DNA of 64,000 nt from a virus (taxonomy: Duplodnaviria; Heunggongvirae; Uroviricota; Caudoviricetes). The stretch spans positions 28,836 to 92,835 of the IMG/VR virus record IMGVR_UViG_651053022_000007; one strand, 5' to 3'. Within the stretch, counting starts at the first letter, position 1, and each line of letters opens with the position of its first letter. The notes below the pieces were generated by a model. That model did not search any database and was not told the origin of the DNA. It worked only from the letters and a program-made list of their open reading frames with translations. The position numbers and the translations under genes were made by a program. Of the stretch, positions 50,437-60,605 are shown piece after piece.

Positions 50437-53400
50437 TTGGAGCGCGATATGAGTCTCTCTTTCAGTGAAGCAAAATTAGAACAAGCGATCATTGAACTGT
50501 TACAGGATCAGGGATATCAACACCTGATCGGCGATAATGTCCCACGTTCGAGCCTCGATCAGGTCATTATCGAAGACGATCTCCGTCATTATTTAGCGGC
50601 ACGCTACCAGCCTGATGGCATTACTGAAGAAGAGATTCAGCGACTGATCAAACAGTTCACCACGCTTCCGGCCTCCGATCTTTATGAAAGCAACAAAACA
50701 TTTTGTCGCTGGCTGGCAAATGGTTTTCTGTTCAAACGCGACGATCGGCAACAAAAAGATCTCTATATTGAATTGCTCGACACCCGGCATCTACCTGCCG
50801 CACTGCGCCAGATATTTGACGCCGAAGATGTCCCGTTGCAACAGGCGGCGGAACTCCCGCCTTCCTATATGAATCCGCCGCTTAACCGGATTAAGATTGT
50901 TAACCAGCTTAAAATCTCCGGCAAAGATAATCAGACTCGTATTCCTGACGGCATTCTCTATATCAATGGTCTGCCATTGGTCGTCTTTGAATTTAAAAGT
51001 GCGGTGCGCGAGCAGGAAGCCAGTATTGGCGATGCCTGGAAGCAGCTCTGTAAACGCTATCGCCGGGATATTCCGCAACTGTTTATCTACAACGCGCTCT
51101 GCATTATTAGCGATGGCGTAAATAACCGGATGGGCAACCTGTTTGCGCCCTATGAATACTTTTACTCATGGCGCAAAGTCACCGGTAATGAAAACCGTGA
51201 ACAGGACGGAATTCCATCATTGCACTCAATGATTCAGGGGCTGTTTCATCCGGTACGTCTGCTGGATGTGATTAAAAACTTTATCTGCTTCCCGGATAAA
51301 GCCAAGCACGAAGTAAAAATTTGCTGCCGATATCCGCAGTACTATGCCGCCCGCAAACTCTATTACAGCATCAAGCAAGCGCGTAAACCTTTCGGTAGCG
51401 GTAAAGGCGGCACTTACTTTGGCGCAACGGGCTGTGGTAAAAGTTACACCATGCAATTTTTAACGCGTCTTTTGATGAAGAGCGTGGAGTTTGCCAGCCC
51501 GACCATTGTTTTGATCACCGACCGCACCGATCTGGACGATCAGCTTTCTGCGCAAATGTGCAACGCCAAAAATTACATTGGCGACGACACCATCGTTCCC
51601 GTTACCAGCCGTGAAGATTTGCGTAATCAACTGGCAGGACGCAATAGTGGCGGAGTCTTTCTGACAACGATCCATAAATTCACCGAAGACACCGAACTCC
51701 TTTCTGAACGCAACAATATCATTTGCATCTCGGACGAAGCACATCGTAGCCAGGTTAACCTCGACCAGAAAGTCATCGTTGATAAAGAAAGCGGAAAAGT
51801 GCGCAAAACGTATGGCTTTGCGAAATACCTGCACGATTCACTGCCAAACGCCACCTATGTTGGCTTTACCGGCACACCGATTGACGCGACGCTCGATGTC
51901 TTCGGTGAGGTGATCGACAGTTACACCATGACCGAATCCGTTCAGGATGAAATCACTGTACGCATCGTGTACGAAGGCCGTGCGGCTAAAGTGATCCTGG
52001 ACTCCAGCAAACTGGAAGAAGTCGAAAAGTATTACGAAGAGTGCGCAAACGCAGGCACCAATGAGTGGCAAATCGACGAAAGCAAAAAAGCCACCGCCAC
52101 CATGAATGCGGTTCTGGGTGATGAAGATCGGTTAAAAGCCCTCGCAGAAGATTTTGCCAAACATTATGAAAAACGCGTAGCCGAAGGTTCCACCGTAAAA
52201 GGCAAAGCCATGTTTGTTTGTGCCAGCCGTGAAATTGCCTGGGATTTCTACCGTCAGCTTAAAGCTATTCGCCCTGCCTGGTTTGAAGTGAAGCAAGCAC
52301 CCGATGGCGTCGTCCTGACGGAACAGGAGCAGAAAGAGTTACCGCCTTCAGAAATGGTGAAGATGGTCATGACGCGCGGTAAAGATGACGACGAGGCGCT
52401 TTATGATTTACTGGGCACAAAAGAATATCGCAAAGAGCTGGATAAGCAGTTCAAAAACGCTAAATCGAATTTCAAAATTGCCATTGTTGTTGATATGTGG
52501 CTGACCGGTTTCGACGTCCCGGAACTGGATACCATCTATATTGATAAACCCTTACAAAAACATAATCTTATCCAGACTATTTCTCGCGTTAACCGTAAAC
52601 TGGAAGGCAAAAGTAAAGGGTTAGTGGTGGACTACATCGGCATTAAAAGTCAGATGAACCAGGCACTGGCAATGTATTCCCGCATTGATGCCACCAACTT
52701 TGAAGATATTCAGCAATCGGTAATAGAAGTTAAAAACCATCTCGATTTGTTGGGGCAAGTCTTTTACGAATTTGACAGTCGGGATTATTTTAGTGGTGAG
52801 CCACAAGCGCAATTATCCTGCCTCAACCGCGCGGCGGAATTTGTTCTGCGTACCCAGAAAGTTGAACGTCGTTTTATGGGACTGGTTAAACGCATGAAAG
52901 CCGCCTACGACGTCTGCTGCGGCAGCGAAGCATTATCACAGACAGAACGTGACTATATTCACTATTATCTTGCTGTTCGTTCAATTGTTTTCAAACTGAC
53001 GAAAGGTGACGCACCGGATGTTACCCAGATGAATGCACGCGTTCGTGAAATGATTGCAGAAGCGTTAAAAGCTGATGGCGTAGAAGAAATTTATTTTCTT
53101 GGCGATAAAAAAGCGGAATCCATCGATATTTTTGACGAAGATTATCTGGCGCGAATTAACAAGATCAAACTTCCGGCAACGAAGATCCAGTTATTACAAA
53201 AATTACTGGAAAAAGCGATCAGCGACTTCAAGAAAGTGAACCAGTTGCAAGGGATTAACTTCACCCGCCGCTTCCAGGCGATTATAGATCGTTATAATGA
53301 GCGGCGAGAAGATGATGTACTCAACGGTGAAGAATTCGATACATTCAGTCAGGAAATGACCGATATTATCTATGATATTAAAACCGAAATGGGCACCTGG

Positions 53401-53598
53401 GCCGATTTAGGCATTGATATTGAAGAAAAAGCCTTTTTCGACATTCTTGCTCATATGCGCGATAAATATCAGTTCACCTATGACGATGAAAAAATGCTGT
53501 CACTGGCAAAAGAGATGAAAAGCGTGGTTGACAACACATCTAAATATCCTGACTGGAGTAAACGCGATGATATTAAAGCGAAACTGAAATTTCCCGAT
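50437..53598 (+). CDS. hsdR: type I restriction enzyme R subunit (HsdR), 3' end replaced by tRNA gene
   Basis: nuclease motif [10 protein letters not shown], helicase motif I GATGCGKS, motif II DEAHRSQ; ORF 50437..53715 reads through tRNA-Arg. Confidence 0.7.
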
Positions 53599-53675
53599 GC
53601 ATCCGTAGCTCAGCTGGATAGAGTACTCGGCTACGAACCGAGCGGTCGGAGGTTCGAATCCTCCCGGATGCACCA
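53599..53675 (+). tRNA. tRNA-Arg (anticodon ACG)
   Basis: GCATCCGTAGCTCAGCTGGATAGAGTACTCGGCTACGAACCGAGCGGTCGGAGGTTCGAATCCTCCCGGATGCACCA. Confidence 0.85.
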
Positions 53676-53711
53676 TCTCTTACTTGATATGGCTTTAGTG
53701 GCGGTATCAAG

Positions 53712-53951
53712 GTGAGTCAGTATCCGGAGTTGATAGCGCAGTTTTCAAGCGGTAATCAAACACGTATAAAACAAGGATTAATCGCAAAAGCACCACTTGA
53801 AGGTTGGCATTATGGCACTAAAGAAATCGTTAAAAAATTCCACATGTATCATCGTGTTGCGATTGAATATAGTGGCGGAATTTACGATATTGATAATTTA
53901 AGGAGGGCACACCTCATTTGCATGATGAAATTTATTACAGGAGATAGTTAA
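53712..53951 (+). pseudogene. HNH-type DNase bacteriocin/toxin, C-terminal domain fragment
   Basis: 79 aa; FHMYHRVAIEYSGGIYDIDNLRRAH resembles colicin/pyocin DNase core; no N-terminal delivery domain. Confidence 0.45.
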
Positions 53952-54200
53952 ATGTATAATTTTAAAGATAAAATAGAAGATTACACAGAGCGGGAATTCA
54001 TTGAGTTGCTTGGCGAGTTTACAAATCCAACCGGGGATAACGCTCAATTAAAAGGGGAAGAGCTTGACAAATATTGGGATGATCTAGAAGAACATCTTAC
54101 CAGAATTACACAACATCCGTTGATGAGCGATCTTATCTACTATCCTGCAAAGAAGGGAGATGATGAACCTGAAAACATCCTGAAAATTCAGGGAATTTAG
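53952..54200 (+). CDS. colicin/pyocin DNase-type immunity protein (Im family)
   Basis: 82 aa; DYTEREFIELL...HPLMSDLIYYP..GDDEPENI matches Im9-like pattern. Confidence 0.7.
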   Translation: MYNFKDKIEDYTEREFIELLGEFTNPTGDNAQLKGEELDKYWDDLEEHLTRITQHPLMSDLIYYPAKKGDDEPENILKIQGI

Positions 54201-54319
54201 TCTCCAGGATTCCCGGGGCGGTTCACAGTAATCATGCCGGGTCTGGCTGGCTAACACCCCATTATAAGGGGTACGAATAAAGTAACGGGGATGTTACTCA
54301 CCGATCTCCTTCACGGTAA

Positions 54320-54550
54320 TACGCAACTTTCTCCGGGGATTATCTCCGCGTAACTGACAACAAGGGGAAAACGCACGATGTGCTGACCGGAAGTGATGAC
54401 GGTCGCCACAGCAACACGTCTCTGGCGTGGGGGGCTGGCGTGCAGTTTAACCCGACCGAATCCGTGACCATTGACCTTGCTTATGAAGGTTCCGGTAGTG
54501 GCGACTGGCGAACGGATGCATTTATTGTTGGTATCGGATACCGTTTCTGA
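54320..54550 (+). pseudogene. Ail/Lom-family outer-membrane protein, 3' fragment
   Basis: ...SLAWGAGVQFNPTESVTIDLAYEGS...FIVGIGYRF stop; only about 76 codons. Confidence 0.6.
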
Positions 54551-54701
54551 CAACAGACGCCGATTTATCTTCTGTAAATATTGTTATGATACGCAGGTTC
54601 ATCCACCTTATGGGGTGAACTGCGTTTGAGGAAACGTAAAGTTACACTGTCCTGAAGCCCGTGGCGTCACTGCTGCGGGCTTTTTTTATTGGTGGAAAAG
54701 T

Positions 54702-54861
54702 ATGACAGTGAAAATTTCTGGCGTGCTTAAAGATGGCACAGGAAAACCAGTACAGAACTGCACCATTGTGCTGAAGGCCAGACGAACCAGCAGCACGGTG
54801 GTGGTGAACACGGTGGCCTCTGAAAATCCGGATGAAGCCGGACGTTACAGCATGGATGTAC
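54702..54861 (+). pseudogene. side tail fibre (Stf) N-terminal fragment
   Basis: [53 protein letters not shown] matches lambda Stf N-terminus; cut by IS1 fragment. Confidence 0.65.
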
Positions 54862-54982
54862 GCACCAGAAAATCATTGATATGGCCATGAATGGCGTTGG
54901 ATGCCGGGCAACAGCCCGCATTATGGGCGTTGGCCTCAACACGATTTTACGTCACTTAAAAAACTCAGGCCGCAGTCGGTAA
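54862..54982 (+). mobile_element. IS1 internal fragment
   Basis: GCACCAGAAAATCATTGATATGGCCATGAATGGCGTTGGATGCCGGGCAACAGCCCGCATTATGGGCG...GCAGTCGGTAA. Confidence 0.6.
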
Positions 54983-55276
54983 CGAAAACCTGCTGTACCG
55001 CCATCGAAACGGGCACATACAGGCAGAGTGGCCGTGAAAGAAAGCAATCAGCGATGGTGCTCTGACGGGTTCGAGTTCTGCTGTGATAACGGAGAGAGAC
55101 TGCGTGTCACGTTCGCGCTGGACTGCTGTGATCGTGAGGCACTGCACTGGGCGGTGACTACCGGCGGCTTCAACAGTGAAACAGTACAGGACGTCATGCT
55201 GGGAGCGGTGGAACGCCGCTTCGGCAACGATCTTCCATCGTCTCCAGTGGAGTGGCTGACGGATAATGGTTCATGC
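54983..55276 (+). mobile_element. IS2 orfB internal fragment
   Basis: ...[45 protein letters not shown]...WLTDNGSC, ending at the same codon as the copy at 37080. Confidence 0.7.
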
Positions 55277-55669
55277 ACCATAAAGATTGTTTACGATGAA
55301 AATAATATTATTGTTGCCATAACCAAAGATGCCTCCACACTTAACCCTGAAGGTTATAGCGTCGTTGAGATTCCTGATATTACCGCCAACCGGCGTGCTG
55401 ACGACTCAGGTAAATGGATGTTTAAAGATGGCGCAGTCATTAAACGTGTATATACCGAAGAAGAGTTGCGCCTACAGACGGAAAACCAGAAAAAAATATT
55501 ATTACAGCAGGCCAGAGAAAAAACGCAGTTCTGGCAAACACAGCTTACTTTGGGGATTATCACTGATTCAGACAGACAGCAACTGATGAACTGGATGCGA
55601 TACGTGCAACAGGTTGAGACAACTGATACCTCGGTTCTTCCTGTAACATTCCCGGAACCACCAGAATAA
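55277..55669 (+). pseudogene. tail fibre assembly protein fragment fused behind IS2 fragment
   Basis: ...[28 protein letters not shown]...[11 protein letters not shown]. Confidence 0.55.
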
Positions 55670-55699
55670 GAAAAGGCCCGTACGGGCCTTAATTTGTTG

Positions 55700-56227
55700 T
55701 TATTCTGGTTTCTGTGGCCATTCAGGCTTTGCAGTATCCACACGGCTGACCATAACGCTGTAGCGTTCCCATGATTCCAGTCGTGTGCGTTCCTCATCAG
55801 TTGCCATATTCAGTCTGACAGCACGTTCCAGCGGTTGAATCACAGACTCCGCTTCGGAAAGCAAAGCGGCTTTTTGTAACTCTGCCTGCTGTTGCAGTTC
55901 CTGTTTTGTATATTCCCGCTTTACTACTTTACCATCCAGAAACTTCCAGTTTCCCGAGATATCGGCGCGACGGTTGGCTGTTATATTCGGTAACTCAACA
56001 ACACTTAACCCGTCAGGGTTAAGTGTTGATACGTCTTTCTCAATACAACGAATAATCCCCTTCTGGTCATAAGCTATTTTTAAAGTATCATCCTGAAAGT
56101 TTTTTAATTCGTCATACCAGTTTTTACCGTCTTCTGTATATAGCCAGATAACGCCAGCTTTTTTCGTAAGCTGATACTGCTCAATGGTTTTGGGGTTTCC
56201 GGCGGTAATATTTTTCAGATGTTGCAT
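55700..56227 (-). CDS. tfa: tail fibre assembly protein Tfa (alternative copy)
   Basis: 175 aa; [21 protein letters not shown]... Confidence 0.8.
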   Translation of the reverse strand: MQHLKNITAGNPKTIEQYQLTKKAGVIWLYTEDGKNWYDELKNFQDDTLKIAYDQKGIIRCIEKDVSTLNPDGLSVVELPNITANRRADISGNWKFLDGKVVKREYTKQELQQQAELQKAALLSEAESVIQPLERAVRLNMATDEERTRLESWERYSVMVSRVDTAKPEWPQKPE

Positions 56228-56242
56228 ATATTCTCCTGATGG

Positions 56243-57313
56243 CTATGCCTGTTCAACGTTATACCAGTTACCAGAAATGTATTTTTGTAGTGGTCGTGAC
56301 ACCATCCAGTCATCTCCATCAACCTCACCAATAATTTGCAATCCTGTTGTCACATGACCATTACCTGGTTCGCAAAGTCCTCCGCGATATAATGTGTCAG
56401 AACGTCTGCCTCCCAGACGCACATTTCTGATAAAAGAACTATTCAGGTAATCATTTAAGTTTGACCCCCAGCACCCACCAAATATATTTCCATCGGTGTT
56501 ATAACGGACGCCACCCGCAATAAGAGCACCCGGTGAAATAAAGGATTTATCGTTCGGGTTAAACTGCCATAAAGCATCATTACCGCCATCGCCACGCATA
56601 TGAATACATGGAACCGGAAATCCATACTGTTCTGTCAGTAAATACCCAAAGCTGACCGCGCCGGGATAGCCCTGTCCATTGCGAATGGACAAGCCCTTAA
56701 CTATCGGCACGTAAAGACCACCAGGAGTGGGATTCCAGGCAAACTGCGTCTGAACAAAAGGCGCGGTGGCATTATTCAACTGGTCTGCAAATGCGCCACT
56801 TCCATCAGGAATTATTCCCTGATGAATATATGCAACCCGCTTATAAAAATCAGCAGATGCGGGTTGAAGCCCAAATGCCAGTTGTCCATTTGAATAGAAT
56901 AAAAGGACACCGTCGCCGCCCTGTTTAATACCAGTGTCGTTATCTCCGAGAGTAATGGAATTACCGCCCAGTGCGTTATCTGTACCAAGCGCCAGCCCAC
57001 CATCAATTTTGGCCCCGTGGCTGACAGATATAGCACCTGTTCTCAGATTTATAGCGAATGGCCTTAATGGGCCGATATCACCGTTTTCGCCTTGTCCTTC
57101 AGCCGTCGGAATGAAATGAAGAAAATCTTCTGAACGACGGAAAATAAGACCGAAGGCATCATTGAAAATTCGCAGCGCATTCACCGTGCCAATTTTCAGT
57201 TCTCCGGTCATTTTATCGCCGGAACGCTGAACGGCGTTACCAGCCTTGTTTACCGTTTCCTGTAAACCGAGGTTCTGCAACGAAACGCTCTTGTTTGTGC
57301 AGGATATGAACAA
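56243..57313 (-). CDS. alternative tail fibre C-terminal (variable) segment
   Basis: 356 aa; start overlaps gix-like site (..NLGLQETVNKAGNAVQRSGDKMTGELK); followed by tfa. Confidence 0.55.
   Translation of the reverse strand: MFISCTNKSVSLQNLGLQETVNKAGNAVQRSGDKMTGELKIGTVNALRIFNDAFGLIFRRSEDFLHFIPTAEGQGENGDIGPLRPFAINLRTGAISVSHGAKIDGGLALGTDNALGGNSITLGDNDTGIKQGGDGVLLFYSNGQLAFGLQPASADFYKRVAYIHQGIIPDGSGAFADQLNNATAPFVQTQFAWNPTPGGLYVPIVKGLSIRNGQGYPGAVSFGYLLTEQYGFPVPCIHMRGDGGNDALWQFNPNDKSFISPGALIAGGVRYNTDGNIFGGCWGSNLNDYLNSSFIRNVRLGGRRSDTLYRGGLCEPGNGHVTTGLQIIGEVDGDDWMVSRPLQKYISGNWYNVEQA
57257..57274. promoter_or_regulatory. partial gix-like site (about 18 of 26 positions) abutting invertase-derived sequence
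   Basis: TTCCTGTAAACCGAGGTT then sequence continues as invertase codons. Confidence 0.35.
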
Positions 57314-57393
57314 ATATTTGAAGATAAATTAAGCGGAACAAGGACAGGCCGACCTGGATTAAAACGTGCTTTAAAGCGCCTTCAAAAAGGTGA
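57268..57393 (+). pseudogene. DNA invertase internal fragment (codons about 16-48)
   Basis: EVLQRNALVCAGYEQIFEDKLSGTRTGRPGLKRALKRLQKGDALVV then stop. Confidence 0.55.
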
Positions 57394-57668
57394 CGCACTG
57401 GTTGTCTGAAAACTGGACTGACTGGTTCACTGTATGCGGCATCTTGTCGTGCTGGTGGTGGAAGCCTAGAAAAAGTATCGGGTGTTACTGAACCGTGTTG
57501 ATACATCAACTGCACCTGATATTGAGTGGCCTACGAACCCTGTCAGGGAGTAATCATTGGGATTATGCCGCAGCACGTCTTAAGCAAGAACGTGCTGCGG
57601 TTGGATGCTATTTTTTCCCTGAAGCGGAAAACATTACTAGTATATTTACACTGACTCACACAGGCATC

Positions 57669-57854
57669 ATGCTCAATAACAAAGTGCTACCTGTAACCAT
57701 TTACAACGTAGTACCATTCAATAAAACATTCTGGAATTTAATCAAAAACAGCCAGGAATGCCCTACAAATACAGATAACGTATTGAATGAATGCTTTAAT
57801 AACCGTTGCACTCTGCAAATATGTCCTTATGGACTAAAACAACAAAGTCCATAA
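57669..57854 (+). CDS. small Cys-rich hypothetical protein (61 aa), AT-rich
   Basis: [15 protein letters not shown]...[26 protein letters not shown]; stop lies in a hairpin. Confidence 0.3.
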   Translation: MLNNKVLPVTIYNVVPFNKTFWNLIKNSQECPTNTDNVLNECFNNRCTLQICPYGLKQQSP

Positions 57855-58134
57855 GGAGTTTACTCACATCTGACAAAATCAATATAAACAGCCCCTCCGG
57901 AGAGGGGCTGGAGAGTGGCGCTATGTGCCATTGCATGGTGCCGGGTGCCTCCCGGTGAATTCAGTACCAGCACCTGAATCCGCGATTATCCCATATACCT
58001 ACTCGCTGATTGCCCCTCCGCACAGGGGGATTCACCATGCCAGTTTCTTTTAACAAACTCCCCGCAAACCAGACAACAATCAACCGCCTGAATTGTGAAG
58101 TATTTAAAAATTTCTCCCGCTAACTGATACCCGG

Positions 58135-58221
58135 CTAACAGTCTGGCGTTTTCTTTTTCAGCAACGGGAAAGCAACAACCACCACACCCGCCACCAGCAC
58201 ACCGTCAGCCAGCACTGACAT
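58135..58221 (-). CDS. 28-aa hydrophobic peptide, start overlapping upstream stop (TAATG)
   Basis: MSVLADGVLVAGVVVVAFPLLKKKTPDC. Confidence 0.2.
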   Translation of the reverse strand: MSVLADGVLVAGVVVVAFPLLKKKTPDC

Positions 58222-58568
58222 TATCCGGCTGCCCGAAGTTCATCCATACCACAGGTCCTGGCTATTCTGTTGTACTCCTGAACAAGAGTAAATAATTCTG
58301 AATTAGCCACCATGAACTCATCGCAAACCCTCTGTATAGCATCACTATTCAGAATAATAACGTCTCTTCCCGAAAGACGATCAGGAGTACAGAACAAAAC
58401 TGTCAAACGGCTGAAGGCCTTTGCTCGTGCTGCATTGACTATATCAATACGCTGCCTAAGGATGAAACACCCCGACGCCTCATCAATATTCACTCTACCC
58501 ACACCATATGAATGATAAATATTTAATGCTGAAAAAACCATTAGACCGTATAACAAACACTCAATCAA
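58221..58568 (-). CDS. hypothetical protein, AT-rich cargo downstream of tRNA pair
   Basis: 115-aa ORF in low-GC DNA. Confidence 0.35.
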   Translation of the reverse strand: MIECLLYGLMVFSALNIYHSYGVGRVNIDEASGCFILRQRIDIVNAARAKAFSRLTVLFCTPDRLSGRDVIILNSDAIQRVCDEFMVANSELFTLVQEYNRIARTCGMDELRAAG

Positions 58569-58681
58569 TACTTAACAGAACTTTTATTTTTGACAAACAT
58601 AAAATATTTTCAACAATATCCTGAGCCAGGTATATTTCAGTATAAGGCTCTGCCGGAAGGAATCTGGAAGAATGAATATAG

Positions 58682-58755
58682 CGCGCTGTACTGGATTCGA
58701 ACCAGTGACCGATTGCTTAGAAGGCAATTGCTCTGTCCGGCTGAGCTAACAACGC
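58682..58755 (-). tRNA. tRNA-Arg (anticodon TCT), no encoded CCA
   Basis: reverse complement GCGTTGTTAGCTCAGCCGGACAGAGCAATTGCCTTCTAAGCAATCGGTCACTGGTTCGAATCCAGTACAGCGCG folds as cloverleaf. Confidence 0.7.
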
Positions 58756-58855
58756 TGAATACCGATAATGGACCGCCATCGGGGACCCGCCCCCGCACCA
58801 ACAACCCTGTTATCGTGTCGTCTGCTCTTCCTGATAAGCTAATGGCGGTTTGTGA

Positions 58856-58931
58856 TGGTGGCCCTTGCTGGATTTGAACCAGCGACCTGGCGATTATGAG
58901 TCGCTCGCTCTCACCACTGAGCTAAAGGGCC
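58856..58931 (-). tRNA. tRNA with CAT anticodon (Ile2/lysidine-type or Met)
   Basis: reverse complement GGCCCTTTAGCTCAGTGGTGAGAGCGAGCGACTCATAATCGCCAGGTCGCTGGTTCAAATCCAGCAAGGGCCACCA. Confidence 0.8.
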
Positions 58932-58980
58932 GGGAGCAGAATAATAATGGTGCGTAATTAATTCTGCAATCTCATCCGTT

Positions 58981-60030
58981 TCAAACGATTAAACCCTGAA
59001 CTTCCCTGACTGTCTGCTCAAAACGTCCGGTCTCCAGCTCAACGCCAATCGCACGACGCCCGAGCGCCAGTGCCGCTTTTACCGTTGAACCTGAGCCCAT
59101 AAAAAAATCTGCAACCAGGTCACCCGGACGACTGCTTGCGCTGATTATCTGCTGCAGCATTTCTGCCGGTTTTTCGCACGGATGTTTCCCGGGATAGAAC
59201 TGCACCGGTTTATGTGTCCACACATCCGTGTACGGCACCTGCGCCGTCACACCAAAATACCGCCGCAGATGCTTATATTCACTCTGCAGCTCCACATACT
59301 GCCGGTTCAGTGACGTATACGTATCCACCAGCTGGTGGTGGGGCTTTTCCAGTTCACCGCGCTGATGTTTCTCTTCTGCCACCCGGGCAAACAGCGACTG
59401 TAATTTCAGATAATCGCTTTCGTTCGGTAGCTGCCACTGACTGGCACTGAACCAGTGCGACACCATGTTTTTCTTTCCTGTGGCATCTGCAATCTGTTTT
59501 GCCGTTATCCCCAGGGCCGCGCGCGCATCACGAAAGTAAGAAATCAGCGGGGCCATCACATGCTGTTTCAGTGCACTGCCCTTCGCCGCATACCCGGCAT
59601 CTTTCGGACGATACGGCCCCTGATAATGTTCCGCGAACAGAATGCGCTCTGTGGCGGGGAAATACGCCCGCAGGCTTTCCTTGTTGCATCCGTTCCAGCG
59701 TCCGGACGGCTTCGCCCAGATAATATGGTTCAGCACACTGAAGCGTTCACGCATCATGATTTCGATATCAGATGCCAGGCGATGACCACAGAACAGGTAA
59801 AGACTTCCGGCAGGTTTCAGCACCCGCCAGAACTGCGCCAGACACTGGTCCAGCCACTTCAGGTAATCATCGTCGCCCTTCCACTGGTTATCCCAGCCCT
59901 CAGGCTTCACTTTAAAGTACGGCGGGTCCGTGACTATCAGGTCAACAGAATTTTCGGGTAACGACCGGATAAATTCCAGGCAGTCGGCGTTGATTAACTC
60001 ACAACTGGATATTTTTACAGTATTAGCCAT
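58981..60030 (-). CDS. DNA methyltransferase (N6-adenine/N4-cytosine class, DPPY motif)
   Basis: 349 aa; DLIVTDPPYF and FFMGSGST motifs. Confidence 0.75.
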   Translation of the reverse strand: MANTVKISSCELINADCLEFIRSLPENSVDLIVTDPPYFKVKPEGWDNQWKGDDDYLKWLDQCLAQFWRVLKPAGSLYLFCGHRLASDIEIMMRERFSVLNHIIWAKPSGRWNGCNKESLRAYFPATERILFAEHYQGPYRPKDAGYAAKGSALKQHVMAPLISYFRDARAALGITAKQIADATGKKNMVSHWFSASQWQLPNESDYLKLQSLFARVAEEKHQRGELEKPHHQLVDTYTSLNRQYVELQSEYKHLRRYFGVTAQVPYTDVWTHKPVQFYPGKHPCEKPAEMLQQIISASSRPGDLVADFFMGSGSTVKAALALGRRAIGVELETGRFEQTVREVQGLIV

Positions 60031-60181
60031 AGATCAATAAGCACTTCTCTGATAGGCTCATACCGCTTTTGCGCAAAGCAGATGGGCCTGAGGTTTGCTT
60101 GTGACCCCAACGCATGAGCAGATGGCTGGTGGGTGCCCCTAACACCCACCAGCCGCCCATTTACCACAAATAAAAAAGCCT

Positions 60182-60379
60182 TCACTGCGGAAGGCGTCTG
60201 TAACAACCGAACTGATAGTCTGCCAGACCCGCCATAACCAGCTGGGTCAGTATTAACTGGCAGCGTTCGCGTGAAAGGTAAGTATTCTGCGCAATCTCCC
60301 CGGCTGTCGCCGGTTCGGTGACGCTTAATTCATTAAACACCACTCTGGCGGTTTCTGTCATATCCTGCTGTTTCAGCAT
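60182..60379 (-). CDS. small hypothetical protein
   Basis: likely start MLKQQDMTE within ORF 60182..60466. Confidence 0.3.
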   Translation of the reverse strand: MLKQQDMTETARVVFNELSVTEPATAGEIAQNTYLSRERCQLILTQLVMAGLADYQFGCYRRLPQ

Positions 60380-60605
60380 GTCTTTTTCCCTTTTCCGGTT
60401 AACGTGACACACCAATAACTCTTGTCGAAAAAGCCAGCAAGCTGAAAGACAGGTATTCACCGCCACCAGCGCGTTTACTGTACTGACGCGATTTCAGTCA
60501 TAAAAAACCCGCCAGGCGGCGGGGTGTAAAAAATCTTCTAACGTCAGGCATAAAACGCCCATCGTTAGAGCAAATTTACCACAGATTCGGGAAAAATCAA
60601 CAACA

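Noticed and set aside
53599-53715. C-terminal 39 codons of the 1092-aa HsdR ORF
   Set aside because: This stretch is the translation of tRNA-Arg(ACG) and its flank; true HsdR coding sequence ends before 53599.
57400-58680. Shiga-toxin or other AB5 toxin genes downstream of Q and the tRNAs
   Set aside because: No ORF resembles StxA or StxB in length or sequence; only unrelated small AT-rich ORFs are present.
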